This document shows, in pieces, positions 49,377-58,409 of a stretch of 64,000 bases of DNA. Each line of letters begins with the position of its first letter. Within the stretch, counting starts at the first letter, position 1. The stretch spans positions 69,648-133,647 of the forward strand of contig NZ_JAQUCA010000006.1 in the NCBI RefSeq assembly GCF_028686475.1. Direction: 5' to 3'. The notes under the pieces were generated by a model that searched no databases, was not told where the DNA came from, and saw only the letters and a list, made by a program, of their open reading frames with translations. This DNA comes from Giesbergeria sp. (lineage in GTDB: Bacteria > Pseudomonadota > Gammaproteobacteria > Burkholderiales > Burkholderiaceae_C). Position numbers and translations under genes: made by a program.

Positions 49377-50159
49377 TTAGATACTGAACATGGCGGCTGT
49401 CAGGACAAAATCCAAGCCCAACACCGCCAACGAGGCCATCACCACGGTGCGCGTGGTGGCGCGCGATACCCCTTCGGGGGTGGGCTTGGCGGTATAGCCT
49501 TGCAGCAAGGCCACAAAGGTGACGGTGATGCCAAAAGCCACACTTTTGACCACGCTGTTACCCAAGTCGCTGAATACATCCACGCCGCCCTGCATTTGGC
49601 TCCAAAACGCGCCCGCATCTAGCCCCAGCATGGGCACGGCCACCGCCCAGCCACCCACTACACCCACCGCATTGAACACCAGCGATAGCACCGGCATGGC
49701 AATCACACCGCCCCAAAAACGCGGGGCCAAAATGCGCTGCACGGGGTCCACGGCCATCATCTCCATTGCGCTGAGCTGCTCCCCGGCGCGCATCAGGCCA
49801 ATTTCTGCCGTGAGCGAAGTGCCCGCACGCCCAGCAAACAGCAGCGCGGTAATCACCGGCCCGAGTTCGCGCAGCAAACTAAGCGCCACCAACTGGCCTA
49901 AAGCCTCGGTGGAGCCAAAATCTTGCAAGGTGTAGTAACCCTGCAAGGCCATGACAAAACCCACAAACAAGCCCGATACCGCAATAATGGCGAGTGAATA
50001 GTTGCCCAAGAAATGCACTTGGTCGCGCACCAAGCCGAATCGGGTCAAACTGGCGGGCAACCATTGCAACAAACGGCCAAACAGTCGTGCCGCTTGGCCT
50101 ATATCGGCCAGCTGGCGGCGCGCCGCCAAGCCCACATCGGCAGGACGGTACCAACTCAT
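49377..50159 (-). CDS. mlaE: Permease MlaE
   Basis: LLRELGPVITALLFAGRAG, EGVSRATTRTVV. Confidence 0.95.
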   Translation of the reverse strand: MSWYRPADVGLAARRQLADIGQAARLFGRLLQWLPASLTRFGLVRDQVHFLGNYSLAIIAVSGLFVGFVMALQGYYTLQDFGSTEALGQLVALSLLRELGPVITALLFAGRAGTSLTAEIGLMRAGEQLSAMEMMAVDPVQRILAPRFWGGVIAMPVLSLVFNAVGVVGGWAVAVPMLGLDAGAFWSQMQGGVDVFSDLGNSVVKSVAFGITVTFVALLQGYTAKPTPEGVSRATTRTVVMASLAVLGLDFVLTAAMFSI

Positions 50160-50998
50160 GCGCGGCCTCCACTGGGGCCAATGGGGCCAAAATCTTGCGC
50201 CGCATCTGGCCCCGGATAGTGGAACGGCACCGGCCCAGTGGGCAGGGCATGGACAAACTGGTGTACCAGCGGGTCAGTGCTGTGGCGCACCTGCTCCGGG
50301 GTGCCTTGGGCGGCAATCGTGCCCGGCCCCAAAATCACCACATGGTCGGCAATTTGGAAGGTGATTTCTACATCGTGCGAGACGATGATGGTGGTCAGGC
50401 CCATCGCATCATTGAGCTGGCGAATCAACTGCGCCGCCGTGCCGAGGGAAATGGGGTCTAAACCGGCAAAAGGCTCGTCGTACATCACCAATTCGGGGTC
50501 CAGGGCGATGGAGCGCGCCAGCGCCACGCGCCGCGCCATACCGCCCGAAATTTGTGCGGGCAGCAAATCGCGCGCACCGCGCAAGCCTACCGCGTGCAAC
50601 TTCATCAGCACAATATCCCGAATCAAGGCTGGCGGTAAATTGGTGTGTTCGCGCAGTGGAAAAGCCACATTGTCAAACACCGTCATGTCGGTAAACAAGG
50701 CCCCAAACTGGAACAACATGCCCATGCGGCGGCGGGCTGCATACAGGGCAGCAGTGTCCATCTGGCCCACATCTTGGCCATCGAACAGCACCTGCCCTTG
50801 CTGGGCTTGTTGCTGGCCACCCACCAAGCGCAGCACCGTGGTTTTGCCGCCCCCCGAAGCCCCCATGATGGCCGTGACTTTGCCACGCGGCACTGCCAAG
50901 GACAGGCCACGCAAAATGGGTCGCTCGCCATAGCTGAAATGCACATCGCGCAGCTCGACAAACGGGGCAACAGAAGAAATAGGGGAAGATGAAAGCAT
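50156..50998 (-). CDS. mlaF: ABC ATPase MlaF
   Basis: GASGGGKT, QFGALFTD, ISGGM, YDEPFAGLDP. Confidence 0.95.
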   Translation of the reverse strand: MLSSSPISSVAPFVELRDVHFSYGERPILRGLSLAVPRGKVTAIMGASGGGKTTVLRLVGGQQQAQQGQVLFDGQDVGQMDTAALYAARRRMGMLFQFGALFTDMTVFDNVAFPLREHTNLPPALIRDIVLMKLHAVGLRGARDLLPAQISGGMARRVALARSIALDPELVMYDEPFAGLDPISLGTAAQLIRQLNDAMGLTTIIVSHDVEITFQIADHVVILGPGTIAAQGTPEQVRHSTDPLVHQFVHALPTGPVPFHYPGPDAAQDFGPIGPSGGRA

Positions 50999-51141
50999 GA
51001 AACAGCACAACGCAAGCCGTAATCATAGGCGCTAACGGCTGGCCTTGTATGGCATTAGGTTTTATCGGTGCAGCAGCAGCTTGTTGGCTATGATGCTGCT
51101 CTTTGCTTCGCCCCTGCGCCCGGCTACGGCAAAGGTTTTTC

Positions 51142-51552
51142 ATGTTTGCTGCACCCGCTTCTATTGTGCCTGCTGCACGCCCCCCCAGCCCAGCCACCAG
51201 CGGCCTGCACCTGATGGCCGACCTGCATGGCTGCCAAGGTGACCTGCGCCTGATGCACGATGCCGATTTTTTGCAAAATTTTTGCCAAGCCAGCGTGCAG
51301 GCGGCTGAACTGACGGCGGTGGGGTGCTTGTTTCATCTTTTTGGCGCGCAAGGCGGCGTGACGGGCGTGGTGGTGCTGGCCGAGTCCCACCTGTGCATCC
51401 ACACTTGGCCCGAGGCGGCCTATGTCACGCTGGATGTCTATGTGTGCAACTACTCTAGCGACAACCGGCACAAGGCCGAGCAGCTCTTCCATACCTTGCA
51501 GCAAGCCTTTGCTGCGCGCGATGCCCGGCTGCACCGGGTAGAGCGCCGTTGA
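51142..51552 (+). CDS. speD: Pyruvoyl-dependent S-adenosylmethionine decarboxylase proenzyme family
   Basis: GLHLMAD, GVTGVVVLAESHLCIHTWPE with the ES autocleavage site, DVYVC. Confidence 0.85.
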   Translation: MFAAPASIVPAARPPSPATSGLHLMADLHGCQGDLRLMHDADFLQNFCQASVQAAELTAVGCLFHLFGAQGGVTGVVVLAESHLCIHTWPEAAYVTLDVYVCNYSSDNRHKAEQLFHTLQQAFAARDARLHRVERR

Positions 51553-51601
51553 ACCAACCTGCCCTGGCATCAGGACAGATGCAGGTGGTTTGCGTGCAAG
51601 T

Positions 51602-52012
51602 CTAATTGGCGTGGTTGACCAAGTATTCGAGCGCTTTAACGCGGTCGGCGGTCACGTTCATCTTGCACTCAGTGCTACCCACGATACTGAGGTCAAGATT
51701 GCCCGCATAGGTAATGGGATAAAGCTCACAGTTTAAGTCGCGAAACCGTATCCAGGTACGTTGGACGGCTTGGAGTTCCTTTTTATTCTCAGGGTTATTA
51801 TCCATTTTTATGATGGTCTTATAGGCCTCGTTTAAGCGGACATCCTGGCGTTTGAGTTCTGCGCTGACACATTTATCGATTTCTGTCCGGTCACTATCGG
51901 CCTTGTGCATACAAGCGTCGAATTTTTGTGACAGATTGCTTTCTTGGGCGCTGGCTGCCAAAGGCAGAGCGGCGGCAAAAATCAGGGTGATTTGAAGGAG
52001 CAAGGGTTTCAT
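51602..52012 (-). CDS. DUF1311/LprI family secreted protein, copy 1
   Basis: Signal peptide; C...C...RLNEAY...QRTWIRFRDLNC...C...R pattern. Confidence 0.85.
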   Translation of the reverse strand: MKPLLLQITLIFAAALPLAASAQESNLSQKFDACMHKADSDRTEIDKCVSAELKRQDVRLNEAYKTIIKMDNNPENKKELQAVQRTWIRFRDLNCELYPITYAGNLDLSIVGSTECKMNVTADRVKALEYLVNHAN

Positions 52013-52049
52013 GGACTTGCCTTTTAAGGCTGGATGGGGCTTCAGACGG

Positions 52050-52445
52050 TCACTCAATGAAATTTTCAAGCTCTTTGGCACGCTCGGCGGTCATCCGCAT
52101 CGTGCAATCACTGGCATTGACCGCGGCACTGGTGCCCCCGTCGGGGTCGTGGTAAAAGTCACAGTTTAAATCGCGAAACTTTATCCAGACCCGTTGGGTG
52201 GCTTGGAGTTGTTTTTTACGCTCAGGGGTTTGGTCAGATGCCATCAGCGTCTTATAGGCTTTGTTTAAGCGGGCATCTTGGCGTTTGAGTTCTGCGTCGG
52301 TGCAGTCCATCATTTCTATCGTGACACCACCGGACTTGTCCATGCAAGCGCTGAATTTTTTAGACAGATTGCTGTCTTGGGCGCTGGCCGCCAAAGGCAT
52401 GGCGGCGGCCAAAGCAAGGGTAATGTGGAGGAAAAGGGGTTTCAT
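52050..52445 (-). CDS. DUF1311/LprI family secreted protein, copy 2
   Basis: Signal peptide; ACMDKSGG.T..M.DC...RLNKAY...QRVWIKFRDLNC...C...RAKEL. Confidence 0.88.
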   Translation of the reverse strand: MKPLFLHITLALAAAMPLAASAQDSNLSKKFSACMDKSGGVTIEMMDCTDAELKRQDARLNKAYKTLMASDQTPERKKQLQATQRVWIKFRDLNCDFYHDPDGGTSAAVNASDCTMRMTAERAKELENFIE

Positions 52446-52620
52446 TAGTTTGCGCGTGAAACCTCGGCATTCATGTCAAGGAGGTAGAGCGCGGAACGCC
52501 TAGCGCTCCTTGCTTTGGGCCGAACCTGCTCACGTCCGTTTAATAGCCCGGTTGACAGAAATGAGTGCAAGGCTTTTCACCACGGCTGGGCCTTGCGGCT
52601 CTGCCCGTAAGTTCCGACCT

Positions 52621-54210
52621 TCAGGTGGTAGTTGACCTGGTCAGGGCAGGAAATTGGCTTTGGCGCTCCCCCAAATGAAACACACTCACCACTTGGGTTA
52701 AAGCATCCGCTTGGCTGTGCAAAGATTCAGCTGCGGTGGCGGCTTGCTCCACCATCGCGGCATTTTGCTGTGTGGCCACTTCCATTTGCTCGATGGCTAA
52801 ATGCACTTGGTCGATGCCGGCACTTTGTTCGGTGCTGGCGGCGGTAATCTCGCTCATGATGTCGGTCACGCGGCTGATGCTGGCCACAATTTGCTCCATC
52901 GTTTGGCCAGCTTGTTCTACCAAATGGCTGCCGTTTTCTACCTTGTCCACCGAGTCGCTAATCAAGGCTTTGATTTCTTTGGCGGCCTCGGCACTGCGCC
53001 CGGCCAAACTACGCACCTCAGAGGCCACCACGGCAAAACCCCGCCCTTGCTCGCCCGCGCGCGCTGCCTCTACCGCCGCATTGAGGGCCAAGATATTGGT
53101 TTGAAAGGCAATCCCATCAATCACGCTGATGATGTCAACAATCTTTTTCGACGAAGTGTTGATAGAGCGCATGGTGTCCACCACCTGCGCCACCACCTCG
53201 CCGCCTTGGGTAGCCACCTGCGAGGCCGATTGCGCTAATTGATTGGCTTGGCGCGCATTGTCGGCATTTTGCTTGACGGTGCCGGTCAGGGTATCCATCG
53301 AGGCCGCGGTTTCTTCTAGCGATGTAGCCTGCTGCTCGGTGCGCGCAGACAGCTCCAAGTTGCCAGCGGCAATTTGGCTCGATGCTGTGGCGATGGTATC
53401 GGTGCCGATGCGAACTTGCTGCACCGTGTGCAGCAAACTGGCGTTCATGTCTTTCAGAGCCTGCATCAGCTGGCCGGTTTCGTCTTGCGATTCGACGGCA
53501 ATGTCCATCGTCAAATCACCGCTGGCCACATGGCGCGCCACGGCCACCGCCTCGCGCAGTGGGCGGGTGATGCTGCGCGTGGTGGCCCAAGCCAGCACAC
53601 TGCCCACCAGCACCGCCACGATAGCGGCCAAGTACAGCGTCCAGCTCAGGCGCTGGCTGGCGGCTCGCGCCTGTGCGCGCACCTGCTGCTCGGCGGCCTG
53701 GTGTAACTCAACCAATTTGTTGATTTCGGCCAGCAACTGCCGAAACAGCGGATCTATCTGTTTGGACAGAATCTGGGCCACACCCTCTGTATTGAAGGCC
53801 AGCGCCTGACCGATGGCATCGGCGCGCAGGCCAGCCAAACCTTTTTCTAACTCGGCCATACGGGCAAAAATAGCTTTTTCTTCTTCGCTGGTGCCCAAAT
53901 CAATTAACTTTTGGCGCGCTTGGGCGTACAGCTGGCTATGCTCTTTGAGCCGCGCCTCTTCTTTGTTCATCTCACTGACTTCAGAATGCAAGCCAATACT
54001 GCGAATGGCCACCACTGCTTCGAGTTGCTCGGATTTCATGGTGGTCGTCCATTGCACTTTGGCGCTGGCCAGCTCCAGCCCGTCAAACAACTGCTGCTCG
54101 TTGCGCGCGGTGCTGATGTTGACCAATACCACCACGGCAATGAGCAGAGCCAAGACAATGCCAAAGCCGATTTTGAGGCGCGTACCGATACGCAGGTCAC
54201 TGATTTTCAT
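52621..54210 (-). CDS. Methyl-accepting chemotaxis protein with a four-helix-bundle-like periplasmic domain
   Basis: Two TM helices, [38 protein letters not shown]. Confidence 0.95.
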   Translation of the reverse strand: MKISDLRIGTRLKIGFGIVLALLIAVVVLVNISTARNEQQLFDGLELASAKVQWTTTMKSEQLEAVVAIRSIGLHSEVSEMNKEEARLKEHSQLYAQARQKLIDLGTSEEEKAIFARMAELEKGLAGLRADAIGQALAFNTEGVAQILSKQIDPLFRQLLAEINKLVELHQAAEQQVRAQARAASQRLSWTLYLAAIVAVLVGSVLAWATTRSITRPLREAVAVARHVASGDLTMDIAVESQDETGQLMQALKDMNASLLHTVQQVRIGTDTIATASSQIAAGNLELSARTEQQATSLEETAASMDTLTGTVKQNADNARQANQLAQSASQVATQGGEVVAQVVDTMRSINTSSKKIVDIISVIDGIAFQTNILALNAAVEAARAGEQGRGFAVVASEVRSLAGRSAEAAKEIKALISDSVDKVENGSHLVEQAGQTMEQIVASISRVTDIMSEITAASTEQSAGIDQVHLAIEQMEVATQQNAAMVEQAATAAESLHSQADALTQVVSVFHLGERQSQFPALTRSTTT

Positions 54211-54350
54211 AGGAAAAAGTTTCGCTAAGAAAGAAAGGCAGCAGTCAGCGGTGGAAACTGCCCAGAGGCCACTGCCCTCAACCAGCAGAGGCAAGAAAGC
54301 GCTGGCACCGCGCGCACGGGCAGCACTAGGCACTAAGAGACTAGGGCGCG

Positions 54351-54809
54351 TTACTTATAGATGCCGACACCAATCAGCACATCATCGACTTTTTCAACAT
54401 AGGTGGATTTGGGTTCGACCACTTTGGTGATAGCGTTGGGCCACTTGTAATCGACCCAGCCTTTGCCGCTTTTTTGCGCGGTGTCAATAAAGCCTTTAAC
54501 GATGAACTTGCCATCAGCGTCTTTGATTTCGAGCAAGTTTTTGCCAATCAGCTTGGCGTTGGAACCGTGGCATTTATTATTGCCTAGCATGTCGTAGCAC
54601 ATGACATACAGGTCTTTTTGCACAAAAGCGCCCTTGGGGTTGTTGAATTCGGCAAACGCCTTTTCTGGCCCACTGGACTTGATGAGTGCAACCCCCTTCT
54701 TGACCATTGCCATCGCCTCATCGGCAGTCCCTTTTTCCGAAGCAACAGCACTGAAGGCCAGAGTGAGGGCAGTGACACCCACTGCTACATGCTTGAGCAT
54801 AGTTTTCAC
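54351..54809 (-). CDS. Stand-alone periplasmic single Cache (sCache_2-like) protein
   Basis: Signal peptide; LYVMCY...H...GKN...D..GK...GWVDYKWP...K.TYV; no TM or output domain. Confidence 0.85.
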   Translation of the reverse strand: MKTMLKHVAVGVTALTLAFSAVASEKGTADEAMAMVKKGVALIKSSGPEKAFAEFNNPKGAFVQKDLYVMCYDMLGNNKCHGSNAKLIGKNLLEIKDADGKFIVKGFIDTAQKSGKGWVDYKWPNAITKVVEPKSTYVEKVDDVLIGVGIYK

Positions 54810-55031
54810 AGAAATTTATCCTTTTCTTGGTTTCAGACGCTGCCGTTTTGCACGCTATCTTGTGCCCATTGCACGACACAGCCATGACAAGCCGAACAGC
54901 TTACAGACTCCGCAGTATCCCACTGCGGCCTGTCTGGAACTTGACGACTGCACCTGCACCGTGCAGTCTGTGCCAAATTAATAGCGATTTTTGTAGCTAA
55001 AAAATGTACTATGCCCAAAACTTAAAAACCT

Positions 55032-56381
55032 ATGAAAAATCCATTGCCCCATCCACTCAAAATAGGCCGTCCACTGGGCGGCTTGCTCTTCGCGCTGCTT
55101 GCCTGCACATCGGCCCAAGCCGAAGCAGATGAGGGAGCTACCGCCAGAAGGCTGAAATTTTCTGGCTTTGGCACGCTGGGACTGACCCACCACAACAACC
55201 GCGACGTAGGTGTCATTTCGTCGTTTGGGCAAGAGTCACCCGCCCATGACGGGTTTTCTGAAAACTTGGACAGCGTATTAGGGGCGCAACTCAATTGGCA
55301 GGCGGCCGATGACACCTCGTTGGTGCTGCAAGCCGTGGGCCGCGCCGGAGAGGGCATGAAGCCCCAAGTACGTATGGGTTATGTGCGCCAGCAATTTGGC
55401 CAAAATACGTCGGTGCGCTTGGGCCGCTACCGCAGCGCCTTGTACTTTGATGCCGATGTGACCGAAATTGGCTATGCCAACCTCACGGCGCGCAAACCGC
55501 TGCCGGTATATTGGATTAGCAACAACGTAGCAGCGATTGACGGCATTGATGTGCAATGGCACCACAGCAGCGGCAATGCGGGCTGGCTGCTCAATGTGTA
55601 TGCAGGCGAGAGCAATACCCAGCAAAAATTTCCCTTAATCCAAGGCGATACCAAACTCAGAGACATCCGAGGCTTTGCCCTGACTTATATGCTGTCGAAT
55701 GTCTCTTTGCGTGCTTCCAGAACCTGGGTCGGCAAATACGCCGTGCAATCGTCGCGGCAGGTGGAGCAAATGAACGCTGGCTTGCAGCAGGCCGCTGGCG
55801 GCTTGGCAGCGTTGGCAGCAACGCCGGTGCTGCCAACACCAGTGCGGGCCAGTCTGGCCAGCAAGGCCAGTGAAATCGCCAGCTATGCCAATCCGTTTGA
55901 TAACCAGCCCATTTACACCAGCTTGGGCTTTAACGCCAATTTTGACAACTGGTCAGTTATGGGCGGCTGGGTAGGTTTTGATTCGCAATCGGCCATGATT
56001 GGCAAATACAACAGTTACAGCGTCACGGTGGGCCGTAGCATCGGCAATATCACGCCCTATATTGAGCTGGCGTACCAGCGCCGCTCCAATCCTATCTTCA
56101 ATACCAATGCCTTAGGCCCCACGGGCCTGCATCCGCAGCTGGATATGGGGCTGGCCCAACTACAAGGAGCATTCTCCGAAGCCGCCCAGTTTGCTGATTT
56201 TTCTATGCGCTCAGCCAGTGTAGGGATGCGCTGGGATGTGCAAAAAGACATGGCCCTCAAGCTGCAATACGACCTCATCAAAACCCCAAGCCCCTACCGT
56301 GCTGGCGGGTTGGCCACCAGCACCTTACCCATCAACAACAAAGTGCATCTGGTTTCTGTGGTGTTCGACTTCATTTTCTAA
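55032..56381 (+). CDS. Outer-membrane beta-barrel (porin-like) protein
   Basis: Signal peptide, FSGFGTLG, alternating beta strands, G.RWD...MALKLQYD, terminal DFIF. Confidence 0.8.
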   Translation: MKNPLPHPLKIGRPLGGLLFALLACTSAQAEADEGATARRLKFSGFGTLGLTHHNNRDVGVISSFGQESPAHDGFSENLDSVLGAQLNWQAADDTSLVLQAVGRAGEGMKPQVRMGYVRQQFGQNTSVRLGRYRSALYFDADVTEIGYANLTARKPLPVYWISNNVAAIDGIDVQWHHSSGNAGWLLNVYAGESNTQQKFPLIQGDTKLRDIRGFALTYMLSNVSLRASRTWVGKYAVQSSRQVEQMNAGLQQAAGGLAALAATPVLPTPVRASLASKASEIASYANPFDNQPIYTSLGFNANFDNWSVMGGWVGFDSQSAMIGKYNSYSVTVGRSIGNITPYIELAYQRRSNPIFNTNALGPTGLHPQLDMGLAQLQGAFSEAAQFADFSMRSASVGMRWDVQKDMALKLQYDLIKTPSPYRAGGLATSTLPINNKVHLVSVVFDFIF

Positions 56382-56391
56382 GGACACAGCG

Positions 56392-56817
56392 ATGAAACAC
56401 CTTCACATTGCATTATTAAGCTGCTGGATGGCTTCTGGTGCCTGGGCACAAAGCGCCTTGGTGGTTATCGCCAACCCAAGCGTGGCCATAGAAAAAATAG
56501 ATACCCATCAGGTTACGCAAATTTTTCTCAAGCAAATTCAGACTTGGCCCGATGGCAAGGCGATACAGCCCATCGACATCAAAGAAGGCTCCCCGCTACG
56601 CACCGAGTTTTACAGCAAAATTACAGGGCGCAGTCCGGGGCAAATGCGCGCCTATTGGGCGCGTCAGGCGTTTACGGGCATGGGTTTTGCCCCCAAAGAG
56701 TTTGCCACTGCCGACGATGTGAGCAAAGCCGTTCAGACTACGCCGGGAGCGATTGGCTACATCGACAAGAAAAGTGCCTTGGGCACGGCCAAAATCGTCT
56801 TGCAACCCAACGAATAA
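56392..56817 (+). CDS. Small periplasmic binding-protein-like domain (often annotated as phosphate ABC substrate-binding)
   Basis: Signal peptide, VVIANP, YWARQAFTG...P, V...PGAIGYI; 141 aa, about one PBP lobe. Confidence 0.75.
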   Translation: MKHLHIALLSCWMASGAWAQSALVVIANPSVAIEKIDTHQVTQIFLKQIQTWPDGKAIQPIDIKEGSPLRTEFYSKITGRSPGQMRAYWARQAFTGMGFAPKEFATADDVSKAVQTTPGAIGYIDKKSALGTAKIVLQPNE

Positions 56818-56885
56818 GCAAAAAAGCTGCCAACACTTGCCTAAGCAAGCACTGGCGGCTAAGGTAGGCCGGAGGGTGTAGCGGC

Positions 56886-58364
56886 TTAACGCGGCAAGCT
56901 CGATTGGCCCATCAAAAAGCTATCGACGGCACGCGCCGCTTGGCGGCCCTCACGAATCGCCCACACCACCAAAGATTGACCCCGGCGAATATCACCGGCC
57001 GCAAACACCTTGGGCACATTGGTGGCGTAGCCGCCTTGGTCTTCGGTGCTGGCGCGGGCGTTGCCGCGCGCATCTTTGTCAATGCCAAAGGCATCCAACA
57101 CCGCTGCTACCGGACTGACAAAGCCCATTGCCAGCAACACCAAATCGGCCGGGTAGTGCTTTTCGGTGCCTGCAATTTCTAGCAATTTGCCGTCTTTGAA
57201 CTCGACTTGCACCGTGGTTAAGCCTTTGACCTTGCCCTTTTCGCCCACAAACTCTTTGGTAGAAATAGCAAACTCGCGCACGCAACCTTCGTCGTGGCTG
57301 GAGCTGGTACGCAGCTTGAGCGGCCAATAAGGCCACACCAGTGGTTTGTTTTCTTGCTCGGGTGGCATGGGCATGACTTCAAATTGGGTCACGCTGGCCG
57401 CGCCGTGGCGGTTGCTGGTGCCAACACAGTCGCTGCCGGTGTCGCCACCGCCAATCACAATCACATGCTTGCCATCGGCGCGCAGTTGGCCTTTGAGCTT
57501 GTCACCGCCATTGACTTTGTTTTGCTGCGGCAAGAACTCCATCGCAAAGTGGATGCCGTCCAAGTCGCGGCCCGGCACGGGCAAATCGCGCGATTGTTCA
57601 GCACCGCCGGTGAGCAGCACGGCATCAAACTCGGCTTGCAGTTGCGCCGGGCTGATGGTCTCTTTGGCCCAGTTGGTGACTTTGCTGCCTTTGCCCAAAC
57701 CTTCTTTCGGGTCGGCCACCAGCACGCTGGTGCGGATGGTCACGCCTTCGGCTTCTAGTTGTTTGGCGCGGCGGTCAATGTGCGACTTTTCCAGCTTGAA
57801 ATCGGGGATGCCATAGCGCAGCAGGCCACCGATACGGTCGTTCTTCTCGAACAAAGTCACATCGTGACCCACACGGGCCAGTTGCTGTGCAGCGGCCATA
57901 CCGGCAGGGCCAGCCCCCACCACAGCCACTTTTTTGCCGGTTTTTTGCGCGGCGGGTTGCGGCTGCACCCAGCCATTCTCCCAGGCTTTGTCGATGATGG
58001 CGTGCTCAATACTCTTGATGCCGATAGGCGCAGCGTTGATATTGACCACGCAAGCGGCCTCGCACGGGGCGGGGCAGATGCGGCCTGTGAACTCGGGGAA
58101 GTTGTTGGTGCTGTGCAGCACCTCGATGGCGTTTTTCCAATCGCCGTGGTACACCAAATCATTGAAGTCTGGAATGATGTTGTTGACCGGGCAACCGTTG
58201 TTGCAAAACGGCGTGCCGCAGTCCATGCAGCGTGCGCCTTGCACTTTGGCTTGTTCCGGTGTCAGGGCAATGACGAACTCTTTATAGTTCTTGATACGCT
58301 CGGACACGGGCAGGTAGCCCTCTTCGATGCGCTCGTATTCTAAGAAGCCAGTGGTCTTTCCCAT
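56886..58364 (-). CDS. gltD: Glutamate synthase small subunit
   Basis: [50 protein letters not shown]. Confidence 0.97.
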   Translation of the reverse strand: MGKTTGFLEYERIEEGYLPVSERIKNYKEFVIALTPEQAKVQGARCMDCGTPFCNNGCPVNNIIPDFNDLVYHGDWKNAIEVLHSTNNFPEFTGRICPAPCEAACVVNINAAPIGIKSIEHAIIDKAWENGWVQPQPAAQKTGKKVAVVGAGPAGMAAAQQLARVGHDVTLFEKNDRIGGLLRYGIPDFKLEKSHIDRRAKQLEAEGVTIRTSVLVADPKEGLGKGSKVTNWAKETISPAQLQAEFDAVLLTGGAEQSRDLPVPGRDLDGIHFAMEFLPQQNKVNGGDKLKGQLRADGKHVIVIGGGDTGSDCVGTSNRHGAASVTQFEVMPMPPEQENKPLVWPYWPLKLRTSSSHDEGCVREFAISTKEFVGEKGKVKGLTTVQVEFKDGKLLEIAGTEKHYPADLVLLAMGFVSPVAAVLDAFGIDKDARGNARASTEDQGGYATNVPKVFAAGDIRRGQSLVVWAIREGRQAARAVDSFLMGQSSLPR

Positions 58365-58409
58365 GATGAATCTGTCCTTGAATCTGTGTTCGCGTGAAAG
58401 GCAGGGCGC

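Noticed and set aside
52600-52660. SRP-RNA-like string (GACCTGGTCAGG)
   Set aside because: Lies inside the MCP 3' end and lacks the GGAA/GCAGC helix-8 signature.
54960-54980. Possible sigma-54 promoter (TGGCAC...TGCA) on the minus strand
   Set aside because: GG-to-GC spacing is 8 nt rather than the required 10.
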